From NCBI RefSeq assembly GCF_964355755.1, contig NC_092671.1, forward strand, positions 16,554,001 to 16,618,000: a stretch of 64,000 nt of DNA, written 5' to 3'. Below are positions 11,889 through 26,800 of the stretch, in pieces. Source of the stretch: Antedon mediterranea. Its lineage: Eukaryota > Animalia > Echinodermata. The notes beneath the pieces were generated by a model, which worked only from the letters and a program-made list of their open reading frames with translations, was not told the DNA's origin and did not search any database. Within the stretch, counting starts at the first letter, position 1, and every line of letters begins with the position of its first letter. The position numbers and the translations under genes were made by a program.

Positions 11889-14800
11889 CTGAAAATAAAA
11901 TTACATACAATATGTGTATTAACAAAATCAACAAATTAAAAATTCTTTAAAAAACAGGTTTCTGTGAAAGTTTTTACAAACAGTTGATCAGAATTACAAC
12001 TTTCTATATAATGGCTATTCTAACTGATTCTCTCTGATACAGTGCAACATATCATGTGAACCCCAATCATAGGTCATAAGCATAACCTATTATAATACGG
12101 TTACCACATGTGACAATGTATTATAGAATTTGCCTATGATCCTGGACACATAATACTATATGTGGAGATACAGTATAAAGAGAATCATGTGGTCATTTGA
12201 TGAAGGCACTTACTGACCTACAGCGATTCTTTCATTGTTTACCCTGCATACACACAAGTACATGAATTACTCACAATGAAGTGATTACAATTCAAAATAT
12301 TGTTATTCTTACCACTAGCAATCATGACGGCTGTTTGTAGCATTATCATTTCTTCTTTTGTTAATTTTAACCGATTCACTTGTGTTGCAAAGTCAAACAT
12401 CGCATTCATTAAGATGTCAAGACCTAAAGTACAGATAATTTTATATTAATTATAACAATTTTAATATGTTATTACTAGCATTGTTTATGAACTAGCAATA
12501 TGAAAAGTTTACACATAATTTCTGAACAATTATACTCCATTTTTAAAAAAATAATGCAAAAAATCACTAATCCCTTACATCTCAACGGATGACAAGTAAT
12601 GCGTTGTTTTCAAATTGATTCCATCCTACAGACGGACATACAATACAAAATGAAGCCATCTTGAGTTTTATTAATACTAATCCCACGTTGACCGTCCAAT
12701 GACCCTTATTTGACCTCAAGCCACAATACATTCTACTAACGAGCATGTTATTAATGAGGAAATACAATCCATTTCAGCAAACTGCATTGTTTATTACATT
12801 TCAAATGACCGTTATAGAGATGGAGCAAGCAAAAAAAAACATTTGAAAACGCATCTACTGTACAATCCTTTTGTTCTATGTTACTATATTACAAATACTC
12901 ATCTAAAACTGAATTTAAATATAATATAAATTTACATGCATAGAGAAAAACTAAATTCTGGAAATTACAAATTTAATTTATTATGAAAATGAGAAAAAGC
13001 CACCTAAACTAAGATTTGAACCTGGCATCTCCAGGTATGTTTCAAATTTGATTGGATAGCAACTTTTTAACACCCTTGTATACGGCCACGCTATTCGTCT
13101 TGAGTAGATTGTATATTGATGAATTTATTAAATAGTGTATTATTATTAATAGTAGAATATTAAGAAAAAAAATCCTAAAATTAGTAGATTCCTATTATTG
13201 ACATACATACCCATGTGAGCGAAATCCTCACGCGTATAGACCGTTCCATTTAATGTCAGGGTAAAATTACTAGTATCAAACAGGTAGCAGAGTTGTAGAA
13301 GAACCACTTCAAAACAACCAGTTTTTAATAAACAAACCTAGAAAAAGAAAAAAAGTAATAAATTACCATGTATGAATTATGTCACAAAAAGAATTGAACA
13401 CAACATAATTCTTCTTAAAATATAATCAAACAAATCTACTACACAAAACGAATTGAACACCACTCATCAACTTTTTTATTTGAGAAAAAATCCTTCGGTT
13501 CTGATCAGAATTGGAGTTGAACCCAGGATTGCAAGAATAGAAGGTTGGCATAACTGTTTGCATGCTGCTTAAGTAGCTATCATAGTTATACCTAATCTCA
13601 GTTTTACTTAAATGTAGATTTCCTGCAATATGAGCTCATTACATGCTTTGAAATAGTAATGATGATAGTTTTTCTTCTAATCATAACAGGAAATATGAAA
13701 TATAGCCCACAGAAATAAAATGAGAAAGGTGATTAAAAATCTTTCGTAAAATAAGTTAATTAAGGTTTCTATTTAGCAAGAAATGATACCATTCTATTCA
13801 ATGAGTATTTTCACAAATAATATCAATCAAAATTTAAACAAAAGAAGGCACAATTTGCACTAAAAGCAAAACTAGATTATTAATAAACCAATGATTATAT
13901 AACATAGATAGAGTGCATGGTAAATACAGCAGTTGACAGAAGACTATCGTTTTTATATTATTATTATTAGTAGAAAAGGATTTGGCTAAATGGTACAAAC
14001 GTAATCAAAACAACACCTGCATATTACAAACTGTCTGAAAACCTACCAACCTGTGTACTGTATATATATAATTACACTTTTAATAGTAAATAAATAAATT
14101 AATAGTTTTAGCAGCCAATTCTAATCATAGCTAATTGTTGTAACTGTATATGAAATCAAACAGAAGTACGGATAAAAAATACTTTTTAGTTTGATATAAT
14201 ATAATAATATAATAATAATAATAATAATAATACGGTAATAACTCAATGAAAAACTAAATACTTCTTATTTAATGACATTACTCATTAACAGCAAAAAGAA
14301 AAGAAAGAAATATTTTATTGTATTATTTAGGCTCATCGTTTTAATAGTTTTTCGAAAAACGATTTTGCATGATTGAAGGATCTCTCCTTGTCTCTTAAAC
14401 CAGGAAGATATTTTACATTTCCCTGCTTAAACATTGAAATCATTCAAGTAGAGAGAAATAGGAGAAAAAAAAGTGAAATTAAAATCTCCCTAAAGGCACA
14501 GTAGGTAGTTCAAATGGCTGTTTAAATAGCTACTATATTATTTTAAAAAATAGTTCACTGCCAGCCTAGTTTCCAGGAAGGACCAGCAATAATGTAGGCC
14601 ATGTTAACAAGATCCCCTGGGCACTATCAATTTAAAGATGATAGTTTTGTTTAAGTAGCAAACCAGGTCAGACTTATGGAGATAAAAAAACCTGTAACAT
14701 GAGTAGATTTACATGTAATCACATATTTATTAAAAGACTCAGGAAGTAAAGTGTGAAGAATTGTTGTTTACTTCAGTTATATTTATCAGTATGTGAACCT

Positions 14801-17800
14801 TTGGTAAATTGATTACATACTCCTCTGGTGTAACCCTCGCAGTAGGGCTAAAATTAATATATTGTAAGAAACTAGGGCGCATTTAGAAGGGTGCAAATAT
14901 TACGTGCAAATGTTTTTGGGTACCTAATTGCTCAAATACATGCCATACAAGTCAATGTTGTGCTTACAATATTCATTGTAGGGATACTGTAGAGCTAGAA
15001 AATTGTTTCTTCACTACTATATAGTATTATATAATATGCCCCAGATTGCTTGATTTAAAATGTGGCATGTATGATTTTGTCTGTACATTAATAGTAACAG
15101 TTTAAAATTCCATTTGAATGGGCACTACAGTAATCACAAAATAGTTTATAAAAATGGGGTATTTAGGTAAAACTACTTAATACTACATCATACCTAAATT
15201 GAATAACAATGTGGAAACTGTGTATTCTTTTTATGATCATTCAAATAAGATTTATACTATGTAATAAATGTTGTAAAAAATCATAAAACGCAACATCGAT
15301 GCAGTGAAATTAGGGGATTAGACAAAAGTAGCAGGATCGTCATGGCTTTGCGCTATTAACATTGAATTAATGGTGAAAAACTAGATAGAAGCTGTAAACC
15401 TTATTCCCTATATAAGATAAACAGACAGATTAAAATAAATTACGAAACCTAGTTCCAGTAAACAATTTAGGTTATTACATCATAAATAAATAATGATAAA
15501 TATACTTGTCCGACATAATATAGAGTCAAGCCTTTTATACCCTAGAGTATACAACAACCTATTAATGGGTTAAATTAATTGGGCCAAGCATTTTAAATAC
15601 TAAAAAGGGAGAGAAAAAAGTGACAGCTATTATAATACCTACAGCCGGCCTCCTGCAAATTAAAATCCTCAATATAAGTTTCTTTTTCTTGCTCTTTTCA
15701 ATGTAGCCAATAGAAAAGGTGATAGAAAAAAGAAGTGAAGACTGTACAGGAAGACACATACAAAGGGAAAGAATAGATAGTAAATATAGTAATATTAATA
15801 ATGGAAAAAAAAGAGGGAAAAGAGAGATAAAAAAACCTAAAAGAAAGAACAGTGATGAAAAAGAAAGTAAAAGATTAGAAAGAGGAGGAAATTATGGTGA
15901 AAATTGAAAAAGGAAAAAAACAGTAGAAGGAAAAACACAATCAATATTGTACAAAAAATAAATAAACCAGAGAAATGATATACAGTAGTAGAAACTATAC
16001 AGTTAGGTGAAATTAAAAATGGACAAAAAAATAGTAGAAATATAGAAGAATATATAAAGAACATAACCAATATTGTACAAAAAATAATTAATAAACTAGA
16101 GCAATGATATACAATATTAAAAACTATACAGTTAGGTGAAATTAAATTTAAATTGATAGTTTTAGAACTTTTTAATTAAAATTCACATATACAGTTCAGT
16201 GGGAAATAAATGTTGCGAAATAAATAATGTTTTAAATAAGCAACACACTTTACAGATGAATAAATGTATAATTTTTTTTTGTATGTTAGAATTATGACAC
16301 GTATACAAATTATTCTAAAATTAAATATTAATGTCAATATTTTTGTTTAATCATAATTTTAAAATTTACCCTTGAGACAAAATCAAATATTAAATTTAAA
16401 ATGATGTGTCATAATCGCATTGGCTTTCTTCAGACACAAAATTAAAATTAAACAGTTTTGAATCGGTTGAAAAGTAAACGATAGAAACGGACAAATAAAT
16501 TCTGTCAGGTTGCAAAAGCATTCGGTAAAGTCACCCTAGGGATACGATTTGCGGTAGGGGAGATTCATCCTATTAAATTTACTGTCATGAAATGTCGTAA
16601 CAATGCATTTTTAAAATATATTAGGTTGTTTTAATTCAAAAATGCATTTTACATAATATGTCCATACAATTGGGAAATATATTTTCAGATGAGATATTTT
16701 ATTATATACAATCTTAGAAACTATGTTTGCAATTTAACAATTCAAACAATTCTTGGCTTTCTAACTTAAACACAAAACATGTTTGCATTTAGTTAGCATG
16801 AAAGACTACTCTAGCCTAGTCATAGAACCAGTGGCATAACAGTTATGAGCACTCGCTGGCTAAACCCAGATCCCGAGTGGCCCCTGAGCAGGGCCAAGAG
16901 TAAGAAAAGGGCCTTAAATTATGTCGAAAAAGAATAAATATGCCAGAGGCCTCCAGTGTTGGAGGGTCACTATGCCACTGCATAGAACCAGAAAAACTAT
17001 AAATTATAGCTTTTCTTTTTTAATATAATTACCTGGTCGTCATGCTGTAGAGATGCATATCCAGGAATCCCTTTGGAGAAAGCAATTATTTGGTTGATTG
17101 CTGGAGAAAACCTATCGCTAAAATCTTCATCTTCATCATTGTTACCAGAACCCTATACAAAACAAATACATTGATGTGTTATTAAATTGAAACTAAAATA
17201 TAGGTTTAAATTTGTGTAAAAAAAGCCTTGTTTCCCTCTTGTTACTGAAGGCCAGTAAAATAAATTTTATATGTGCAGAAATTACATAGGATTGTAGTAT
17301 TCAACTTGATTAGATTTTATAGGGGAAAATGTGGCGTGTGGCGCAGTGTGTTGGACGTTGGACTACTGACCGAGGTTCGAATCCAACTCTCGCTGTATTG
17401 CTTGTATCCGTAGGCAAGATACTTTACTTACGTTTGCCTCTCTCCACCCAGGTGTATAAATGGGTACCCGGTTAGATCAAGACACAACGTTGCGCTGATT
17501 ACTAGCTGCATTATGGAAGCATGTTTCCATAGGCGTTTGATCAAAAAAAAAGACTGGGGTAATGTTCAGCGCATTGAGAACTTGCTTATATGCGCTATAT
17601 AAGAATGAACTATTATTATTATTAAAATGTAAAAGGTGCCTGAAATTCCGTTTTTTGTTTTAAGTTGTAAATACATACTGTATATTTAATGTCATGTGGA
17701 TGCTAAACTGCAGGTGAATTTTATATATAAATATAGTCTTCCTAGATGCATCTTGTTATATTTTGCACATAAAAATTAAGTAACTACTACTAAATGTATC

Positions 17801-20800
17801 ATTACTGCCATAGTGTATTGGAAATCAATTGTACGTGGATAAAGCAAATAGTTTGGTCTTAAACCTAGGACCTTTATTTCGACCAAAGGCATGATAAATG
17901 GACGGTCCAATCCACGAGTTAAGTAACATTTCCGGTTTTATATCACCTTCTGGCAAAATTTAGAATAACAAGCCACAGTATCATTGGATTTAGCAAGCTT
18001 GGTTAAGAATAATTAATTTGTGCAATCAATTTTAGTTGTGTAACTATGTTGAGAAAAATGGTATTATGATGAAGTACATGTCTTGTAGTGACACTAATAG
18101 TCTTTCAAGGTTAACCAATAAATAACGACTATAGTACGCTGAGAATGATAATAGAGCGCTTAAAATAATGTCAATGATGAAGGAAATTAAGAATTTTTAT
18201 GTTTTGTCAAGAATCTAAAATATTCTAGTTACTTAGCAATGATATTGAAAACAAAAATGTAAACAAAAGTAAATAGAAAATTATGGTAATAAGTTGACCA
18301 TGGATGTTGATGCTATAATATTGCTGAGGATATGATGATGATAAAATTGCTATTGGTGGTACAATAATTATTGGTGGTGGTGGTGATGTAGATGATGTTA
18401 CTGGTAATGACAATGAGGTATGGTATTTAGTGGGGGCAAGGAGGATACTGATGCAGAGTTAAGTGTTTTCGTACTTCTACAGTAAATATGATCCCAACTA
18501 CATGTAATTTGTTTTTCTTTGTATGAACAAATTTACCTTTACCCCATTTTATTTATCAGACGAAATAAATGTTGAGAAAATGCAAATTTCGTTAATAGAA
18601 AATGTTGGTGGTTTTACATCAGTCATTCTGCACATGTTTATCGGACATGTGTAGAATGAATTCCTGCCATAAACCGAAAGGTCAGCCACACAGTTGGGGG
18701 AAATCAAGAATCAGGGCTTTTCATGGTTGATTTGTCTATAATTTACCTCCGCCAAGGAGGTATATGTAATAGGTAGCGTGTGTTTGTTACTTGGCCAAAT
18801 TGAAAATTGGCCAAGTATGTTGATCTGTTTGTTTGTTTGTTTGTTTGTTTGTTAGCAGGATTACTCAAAAAGTAATTACAAGATCTTTACCAAAATGAAT
18901 GTATAGATAGATATGTGGTCAAGGACCATTCCATTAAATTTTGGGACCATTGTCCCAATTCTGGACCACTTTTTAGTATACTTTTCAGACCTGCTAGTGT
19001 TAAAAGATAGGACAGAATTTTTCAAAAGCCGGCGAGCAGTCTTAAAGTAACAAGTATACTGAAATTGCATTTTCTCGAGAACTACTTGTCCTTTTTCGCG
19101 TTGCTGTTCTATTGTTAGTCAACTGAAGCTATTGTTAATTGAAAGGCTTGTTACATAACCATTACACCAAACTCGCATACACATGCTTGTAGTGAAATTA
19201 GCCTAAATCACAAACAGCATTAAGACACACACAAATATATATATATTTTTTTTTTACCGGAGAAATCTTATGTAGGAGAATTTTACAGTAGGCGGAGGTA
19301 TGCACTCTTGGAGTGGCTTTCTAGTTGTTACTGTTTTGTTTTACTAAGGGTTTCCTGTAACTTTAGGCCAAAACAAAATTGTGCATAATGTTGTATTGTA
19401 TGTAATTCTGAAGTATTTATCTCTATCTCCACAAAGTTTTAATTTCCAATAGTGAAGACTGAGTGTTGAAAAAAGTCAGACAGTAATAACAACAACATTC
19501 ATCATGTTTGCAAAAGAATAAAATAGAAATAAGACACATTCACCATTTGTCAAAGTAGGCTTAAAAATTCTAAAGTCAGAACATCTTGGTAACCAATGAT
19601 GTTGACATTGAACAATAATTTTTAAATAGATTATCAAAAAATGTGGTATGTGGGTTAAACATAAAAGTGGCTGGGTATTATAATAAGTCTGTTTAAAATG
19701 ACAAATTACATAATTATTAAATCCTCATTTCCTTCTTTCTGTACAATATTTAATGAAAACACCACCACAAAAATAATAAATCTCATTTTTCAGTTGAAGT
19801 TGTGGTTAATGACCCCACTAGGTTTTAATGATCTATAATGAATCAAGGTTGTCCAAAGTGGATCAATAACAAAGACTTTAATAGGATCTTTAATCTGTAT
19901 TGCATCAAAATACTTGGATGAATTTGGTACAATTGAAAGTTTAACATTCGCTCATGACAAATGGCATTCGCAACACCTGCAGAATACAATATCGTAAATG
20001 TTAAAACTCATTTCTTATATGAGTTTTTTTTATAATATAATCGCATAAACCTTATTGCTTTAATGACCAAGTTTTAACAAATAGCACTCGCAATAATTTT
20101 CTCTTTAATACAAGATAACCTTACCATAAGGATGGTACAGTTCTCGCTCTACCTGTGAGAGCCTCCAATCAAAAGATTTATATAATATAAGATTTTATGA
20201 TGGTACCCAATACTATGGTTGGGGTAAAATTATCAACCATGAGATACTTTCACTAATTCAGACACCCTCTTTCATGGTAAATGCAAAGCATTTTTTAAAT
20301 TGTGCCAGAAAAAACTACACTAAATAATATAATAATACACACAAAAACAGTGAATGTAAAAATGAAATGCTAAATGGGTAAAATATAGCAACTTATTGTG
20401 AGAATCATTGATATACCTTTACAGCAGGATGTTTCGGCATGTTCCTTGTGTTATGATTTATTGCGGCAAGAAGAATGCGTTCTAAATTCTCGAGTTGATT
20501 GACAGATGTCATTGAATGCACGTCACACAAACTCGTTGTCAACTGTACACACTGTTCATGTAGTTCCTTGTTTCCGCACAAATCAGATTCTTTTAATCGT
20601 TTTAATAATTGTAACTGACTGTTCTCTGTGTAATGTAATATACGACTAGGTTTTGCAATCTTTGTTTCATTAAATATATTGTTAAAAGTTTGTTCAGGCT
20701 TTGAAATGTGATTTCCGTCTGTCGTTTCCTGCTTAATGTCTACTGTATTGGATCCGTTGTTGTTCCAAAGTGGGACATATCGTTTTTTTGGGTGTATAGT

Positions 20801-23800
20801 ATCGTGCGTATTATTTTCTTGGCTAACAATAACAGAAGGTTTCACTACATCAGCTTCTCCTGACGTTGGGGAGTTTTGATAATCTTTACCGTTTAAATTT
20901 GAATCACAGTGGCCTAAATTGTTTAATCTATTAACTCCTAGCCCAAATATTGGTAAAAAAGGAGACACACTCGTATAGTCACTAGCTGAGACATGTCCAT
21001 TACTGTATGCGTGTTTAACTTTACTGGCAGTGGTTGACGGGAGATTGCAGGCTGCTTGCGAAATCGGCACCACCTGTTGGTTTTCCCGAGAGGTTAGAGT
21101 CATTGGTCTTACCCCATTAGCGTCAGCAATGTCCAAATATGGAATGGCAATAGGTATATTCAGACCCGCACTAGTTGTCAAACCAATTTTGGTCATAGGG
21201 TTAAACTGATGAGGAACATATGAGCCATTCATGTGACCACTCTCACTATGCAGACGATTCATCAATGCTATGTTTCCTTCCATCTTATCGCGTTTACAGC
21301 TTAAATCAAGTGGTTGATCAGGTTGCGAAGAACCCGACGATCTTCCGTTTTGATCTGGTTGCCTTGAATGATCCCCGGCCTCTTGCATCACGGCGATCAT
21401 TTTAAGCTTCTCTTTTTTTGGCACTCTTCCAAATCGCACAGCTGCGAAAAAAAGAAGAGAAAAGGAAATCAAACACTTGACCTAAATATTCAAAGTCTAG
21501 TAATGCATCAGAACTGACAGAAAAGATGGCTGTGTATAGGTCATAGCGTAAAAACACTTCATTGCAAGGATGTAACGGTACTTATGGCAAAGAACTCAAT
21601 ACTATTCATATATACTTTGCCAGTAAATTAATTCACTGGATTACACTAGACCTGGCGTAACCTAATTTTGCTATCCTACTATTTGACTTCTAATATCTTG
21701 ACACGACACTGGACACTGTACCGTGTGCTTTGAAACGAGGTCAGAGATTGTTAATGCGAGATAAATTTGACTACCTTTCCAAATGGTTAGGAAGTTGAAA
21801 ATATTGTTTGGTCTAATTTATTTAACCAACGGACCTTGCCATAACATGAACAAATTTTTATTGCACTCAATATGTTTTTATTATATTTTTTTTTTCTTTG
21901 AATCTAGTCTCTTCATTATGTGTTTGTTATCAAATACATGCTGTAATGTGATTACAAAGACATTTCCTATAGAATTGTTGCTACTATAAACAGTGATGAA
22001 GATGATGATGAAGAAACTAATTACGTGCTTTGAAAAAAGGACCCAGCTTGCAAACAAGGTATTTTCAGGTTCAATTCTGGTGAAGGGCATCACACCTATT
22101 GTATCAATGATGCAAAGAAGATTGAAAGAGACCTAAAATATTAAGCTAGTACAAAACTTAATATTTTATGTTTAAAGATCTATTGTCTCCACAAAAGCAT
22201 GAAAAATAAAGATATAAAATCAGAATTTTGAAATGGCCATTTTGTAGTTTTAATAAAGTTACATCTAAATTTAACTAAAAACCCATTGTTTTACAGACAA
22301 TTGGACTATTCTTTGCTTCAAATTACAGTTTTTGAGGTAACTATATTTTTTGTAATTATTTTTTAACTGTATATGCGACATTAAAATGACATATTCAACA
22401 AACAAAAGGTTTTAATTATCTTTTATCTTGCTTTTTAGAATACCAAATAAATAACAAACGTGACCAAGCACTCAATAAATACGGCTTTGAAATCTAGAAA
22501 ATTAAGTTTAGCATCAATAGTAATCTGAATCGCGCAACTGTCATTTTAATGTAACAACGGGTTCATAACTTTCTTAATTTTTAGGACATCATGTTTTATA
22601 CTGGTTTGCTTTACAACCGCACTTGTTTAGCTAAGAAACATAACTAGGTACGCAGCCCATAAATCATACTGAACTCTAGATAAAGCAATCAAATATAGCA
22701 GGCTGTCTTTGATGTGATCCAGACCGAAATGAATATGAAATAGAAACTAACCTATATTGAAAGATAGTTAGTTCAAATATAGGATATTTATCATGGCTTA
22801 TGATTTTCCATTACAGGTTTTGTCATACAAGCTTTGTATAAATTTATTTAAGACAATCAAAGTCTTGAAACAAATTGATTTAGAACTTTTTCTTTTTTCA
22901 TCTCTTGTTTTCTTAGGTCATTCGCCTGATGAGATATCATTTAATAACGACAGAAGATGACAGAGCAGGAAGCTTACTGCCGTTCACAATATACATTTTA
23001 AATAGATGTCTACTTTTATACTACTTACAATATTTTTTTTATAGTCTTGCAACATATATTATCTAAAACGATTTTATTATACTTTCAAGAATAAAACTAT
23101 TTCATTAAAATTAAAAAGGTATGGCACTGAAAAAAGGCAGAATAAAAATTTGTAGGCCAATAAAAAATCCTTCTTTCAAGAGATTGCTACAAGAGATGCT
23201 CTTGTTCTAATGGTTGTTTCCATAGTACATACCATAGAGATATTATTATCTCTATGTTCATACACAGAAATGTAATACTTTTGTTCTTTTCTATTTAGTG
23301 GAAATGCGTAGAGCAATAAAACATTTACAATTTATTTCTAATAATCGATGCATGGATAAAGCTTTTTCCTTCTGAAATGTATACTTGATGGACGGTAATA
23401 CATGCAGTTTGACCAGTCAGCCGCTAGACATTTCATGTAATATTATTACATATTATTGCAGTCTACTAGCCTAGAGTCGTTTTAAACTATAAGTTTCATA
23501 TCATGGTCACTAAATGATTGACACTAAACAATACCCAATATAGGCCTTCACTTAACGTTCTGTTACAGTGTATGGAAGTTATCAGGAAATTATAATAGCA
23601 GTTTGTAGGCTAGTTGAACTAGAAATCTGAACCCCGAAAATGGGTTAATAGTTACTATACACAACTTTTATACTAGAACACACAAATGGGTTTGAGTGTA
23701 TGGGTTGATACTTGCGGCACTGAGAACACTGTGGACAGTTTGACCTATTTCATAAGTCATTTTGCAGCAATGGATTACGCATATACTGAACACCTCCTCC

Positions 23801-26800
23801 TTTATTGTCCAGCAAATGCTAAAGTTTAAACACTTATGATTCATTTATTTAATAAATTATACTACGACTGTTTTTCTTATTTATTTACTTTTAAAATTTT
23901 TTATTTTACTTAAATGTATTTTTACTTCTTATTTTATATTCTTACTATGTATATCTTACTCGTCATAATTGATTATGTTTATTGTATCTTTTCTGGTGGG
24001 TAAGCCTTAATGTTCTTTGAACTTATTTGCCCACCAGCCACACATCTTTCTTGTATATATATATGTTTATTGTTTCTTAATTATCATATTCATTTTGTGT
24101 GGAAAATCAATAAAAACAAACAAACAAACAGCTATATTTGATTTTAATTAATTAATATTTGTTCATCTTCTGGATTCAAAACTGTCTCTTGCAATTTAGC
24201 AAAATAAATTTACTTGAATTGAATTGAACCTTGGGCGAGCTTACTGTACATCCAGGCCAAGAAAAACTTTAAATTAAAGGTTCTTCATCCTCATTATCAT
24301 CTAGTTCAAAAATAATACTTCTTATAGCAACAAAAGACACAGCCTCCTGTTTGTATTAAAATACTGTAAAATAATACTAATTATTATATCATATCTAATT
24401 TCAGAAACAGATGGGAACATGATTGACACATGTATCAATATTTTAGGCCCTGTTTCTGCTGCCAATCCCAAATATACCTTATAAATATACCGTATAAATA
24501 TACGGTATATATACCGTATATGAAATTCGTGCACCGTTTCCGCTGCACATACTTTGTGGGTGGGCTGTAAAAAAGTTGACTTTCATTTAATACCCAAAAT
24601 GCATTTCATGAGACGGAAGTATGGATTGACCTAGAGTCTCGTGTAGTGAGGTTTATACCTGACAAAAACAAAACAATGATGGTTTCTCAAAACGTCGTAG
24701 CATTGCTTTCTATTTTAAATCTAATGAGCAGAAGTGGCAACGAATTTACACCGCACAAACAATCTAGAAATGTAGAATGGGCATTGACTAGATTTATGCA
24801 AAGAAGACGACGGCGTTTGCCGATAACTTTGGCGTTAAGTCTACCACAAATTTTGCTTTTATTTTGTTTGAGATACTTTTGTAAATCTCGGTATCTCTTC
24901 TGTTACCATGCAGTCTACCCCCAACCTTCGCTTCTCCCCACAATTGAATTGCAAAAATAGTTATTTCTTCAGTCCACAGTGACATTTTGATCTGTTGCTT
25001 GCTTATACACGTGTGTGTCAATGCAGCAGAAAAACCAAACAAACGCGTCACGCTCTGTTAGTTTTGACCTCGTGTCATGGGCCGGGTCACATATACGGTA
25101 TATTTTGAGTGCAGCAGAAACGGGGTACGAAATATACGGTATATTTTGGAATATACCGTATAATATCCACAAACGATGGGGATATTTATGCGTATTATTT
25201 ATACATATACCGCATATATATACGGTATATTTTTTATGAGACCCGTTTCTGCTGCCAAAAAATATACCGTATATATACAGTATATTTTTGGCAGCAGAAA
25301 CGGGGCCTTAGAACACTAACAATAAAACTATTTCCCAATGAGAAAACTTCTTCACTTTAATACAATTTATTCAACTCTCAAAATGTTGAAAGAGCTTACT
25401 GTATAAATTGAAAATATGTTTTGATTTTTATACTAAATTATCTACTAATTTTATGTTAATTGCGTATATAAATCAATCAATCAATCAATCAATCGTTCGA
25501 TTTATATAGCGCCAATCCAACATTCATTGCTCATGGCACTGTAGAAAAAATCAGAAAAGGTGAGTTTTGAGTAGTGATGAATAATGATGTGTGTTTAATG
25601 TTCAAGGGTAGGTGGTTCCAGGGCCTAGGTCCAGCAACACTGAAAGTCCGATCTCCCTAACTATGTTGCTTAGTTGTCAACTGATGACGCCCTAATGATG
25701 ACGCCCTAATGATGACGCCAACATCGATGGTGAAAACGTTCCAGCAGGAAAATAAATAATAATAAACATAAAAACAAAAGAGATGTGCTTTCCATTAATC
25801 AACTTGGAGGCGTGAGCTAGCAAAAGATCCTGGTCTGGTCTATCAAGAACAATAGAAAACTATCCGGAAGCAACTTGCTTATTACTCTTTGTATATCATT
25901 GGCGAAAAAAAACAGTAAGGTTCACACAACATGGATAACATTGTATGATAAAGTAGGTCAGATGAATTAACAATTAATGACCTAGCTTTTATTAGTTATT
26001 TTCAAGCTGTTAATGTTATTGTGTTCAACATTAATATGAGCAATGTACTTTAAATTTATAAGCAGATATTTGTTTTCATTACAAGTCTACCAGGATATTA
26101 TTAAACCCGTAAAGAAAATCCAAAAAGCTGCCACATTAAATTTTAATAATGCTAATTGAATTGTATTTTGATTATTCAGTATTTTCATATACATATCTAA
26201 ATATGTTGTATAATTTTATATATACTAATCACTATACAGTAGAGCCTCTTTAAAGTTTTAAACATGTTAAACTTATGTGTTAGAGAAAAGATATTAGTTA
26301 AATTGTTGTTTTTTTGGAGTTTTTAATTGTGTTATATTATTTATATTTTTTTTTGTTTTTTTTTGAGGAGCCTATTCACCACAAGCTTTGCTTTCTTTTA
26401 GGCTCCTCCACTTTATATTTATATATTTGTAAAGTGAAATAAATAAATTAAAATGAAATGAAATGAAATAAAGTCGAGACCCCCAAAAGTGTGTAGGGGT
26501 GTCCCTGAATAGTGGTTGGCTGATAGTGTTACAAGATATATTGCTCCTTGTTTGGTTCACAGGAAAGTGTCCCCTTAATAGGGTGTGTCCCCTTAATAGG
26601 GTGTGTCCCCTTAATAGGGTGTGTCCCCTTAATAGGGTGTGTCCCCTTATTAGGGTGTGTCCCCTGAATAGGTATCCCAAAGGAGGGGTTTTTCTATAAT
26701 TAACTTCAATCAAAGTAGGAAAAATAAATCAGTTAACAATCAGAAAATCAATCCATGGCATTTTATAATCAAAAAAATGTTCAGATGTTTAATATCCAAT

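Noticed and set aside
15719-16070. Lys-rich and Phe-rich ORFs
   Set aside because: Purine-rich low-complexity intron sequence.
17946-20153. Possible micro-exons supplying a heme Cys (about 17947-18000 and 20126-20153)
   Set aside because: One lacks a credible acceptor and the other is 28 nt and frameshifting. Neither encodes CP.
22925-22960. CTGATGA hammerhead box
   Set aside because: No stem II followed by GAAA.
26372-26713. ORFs with RGHTLL or RVCPLN repeats
   Set aside because: Translations of the 18-bp MITE repeat.
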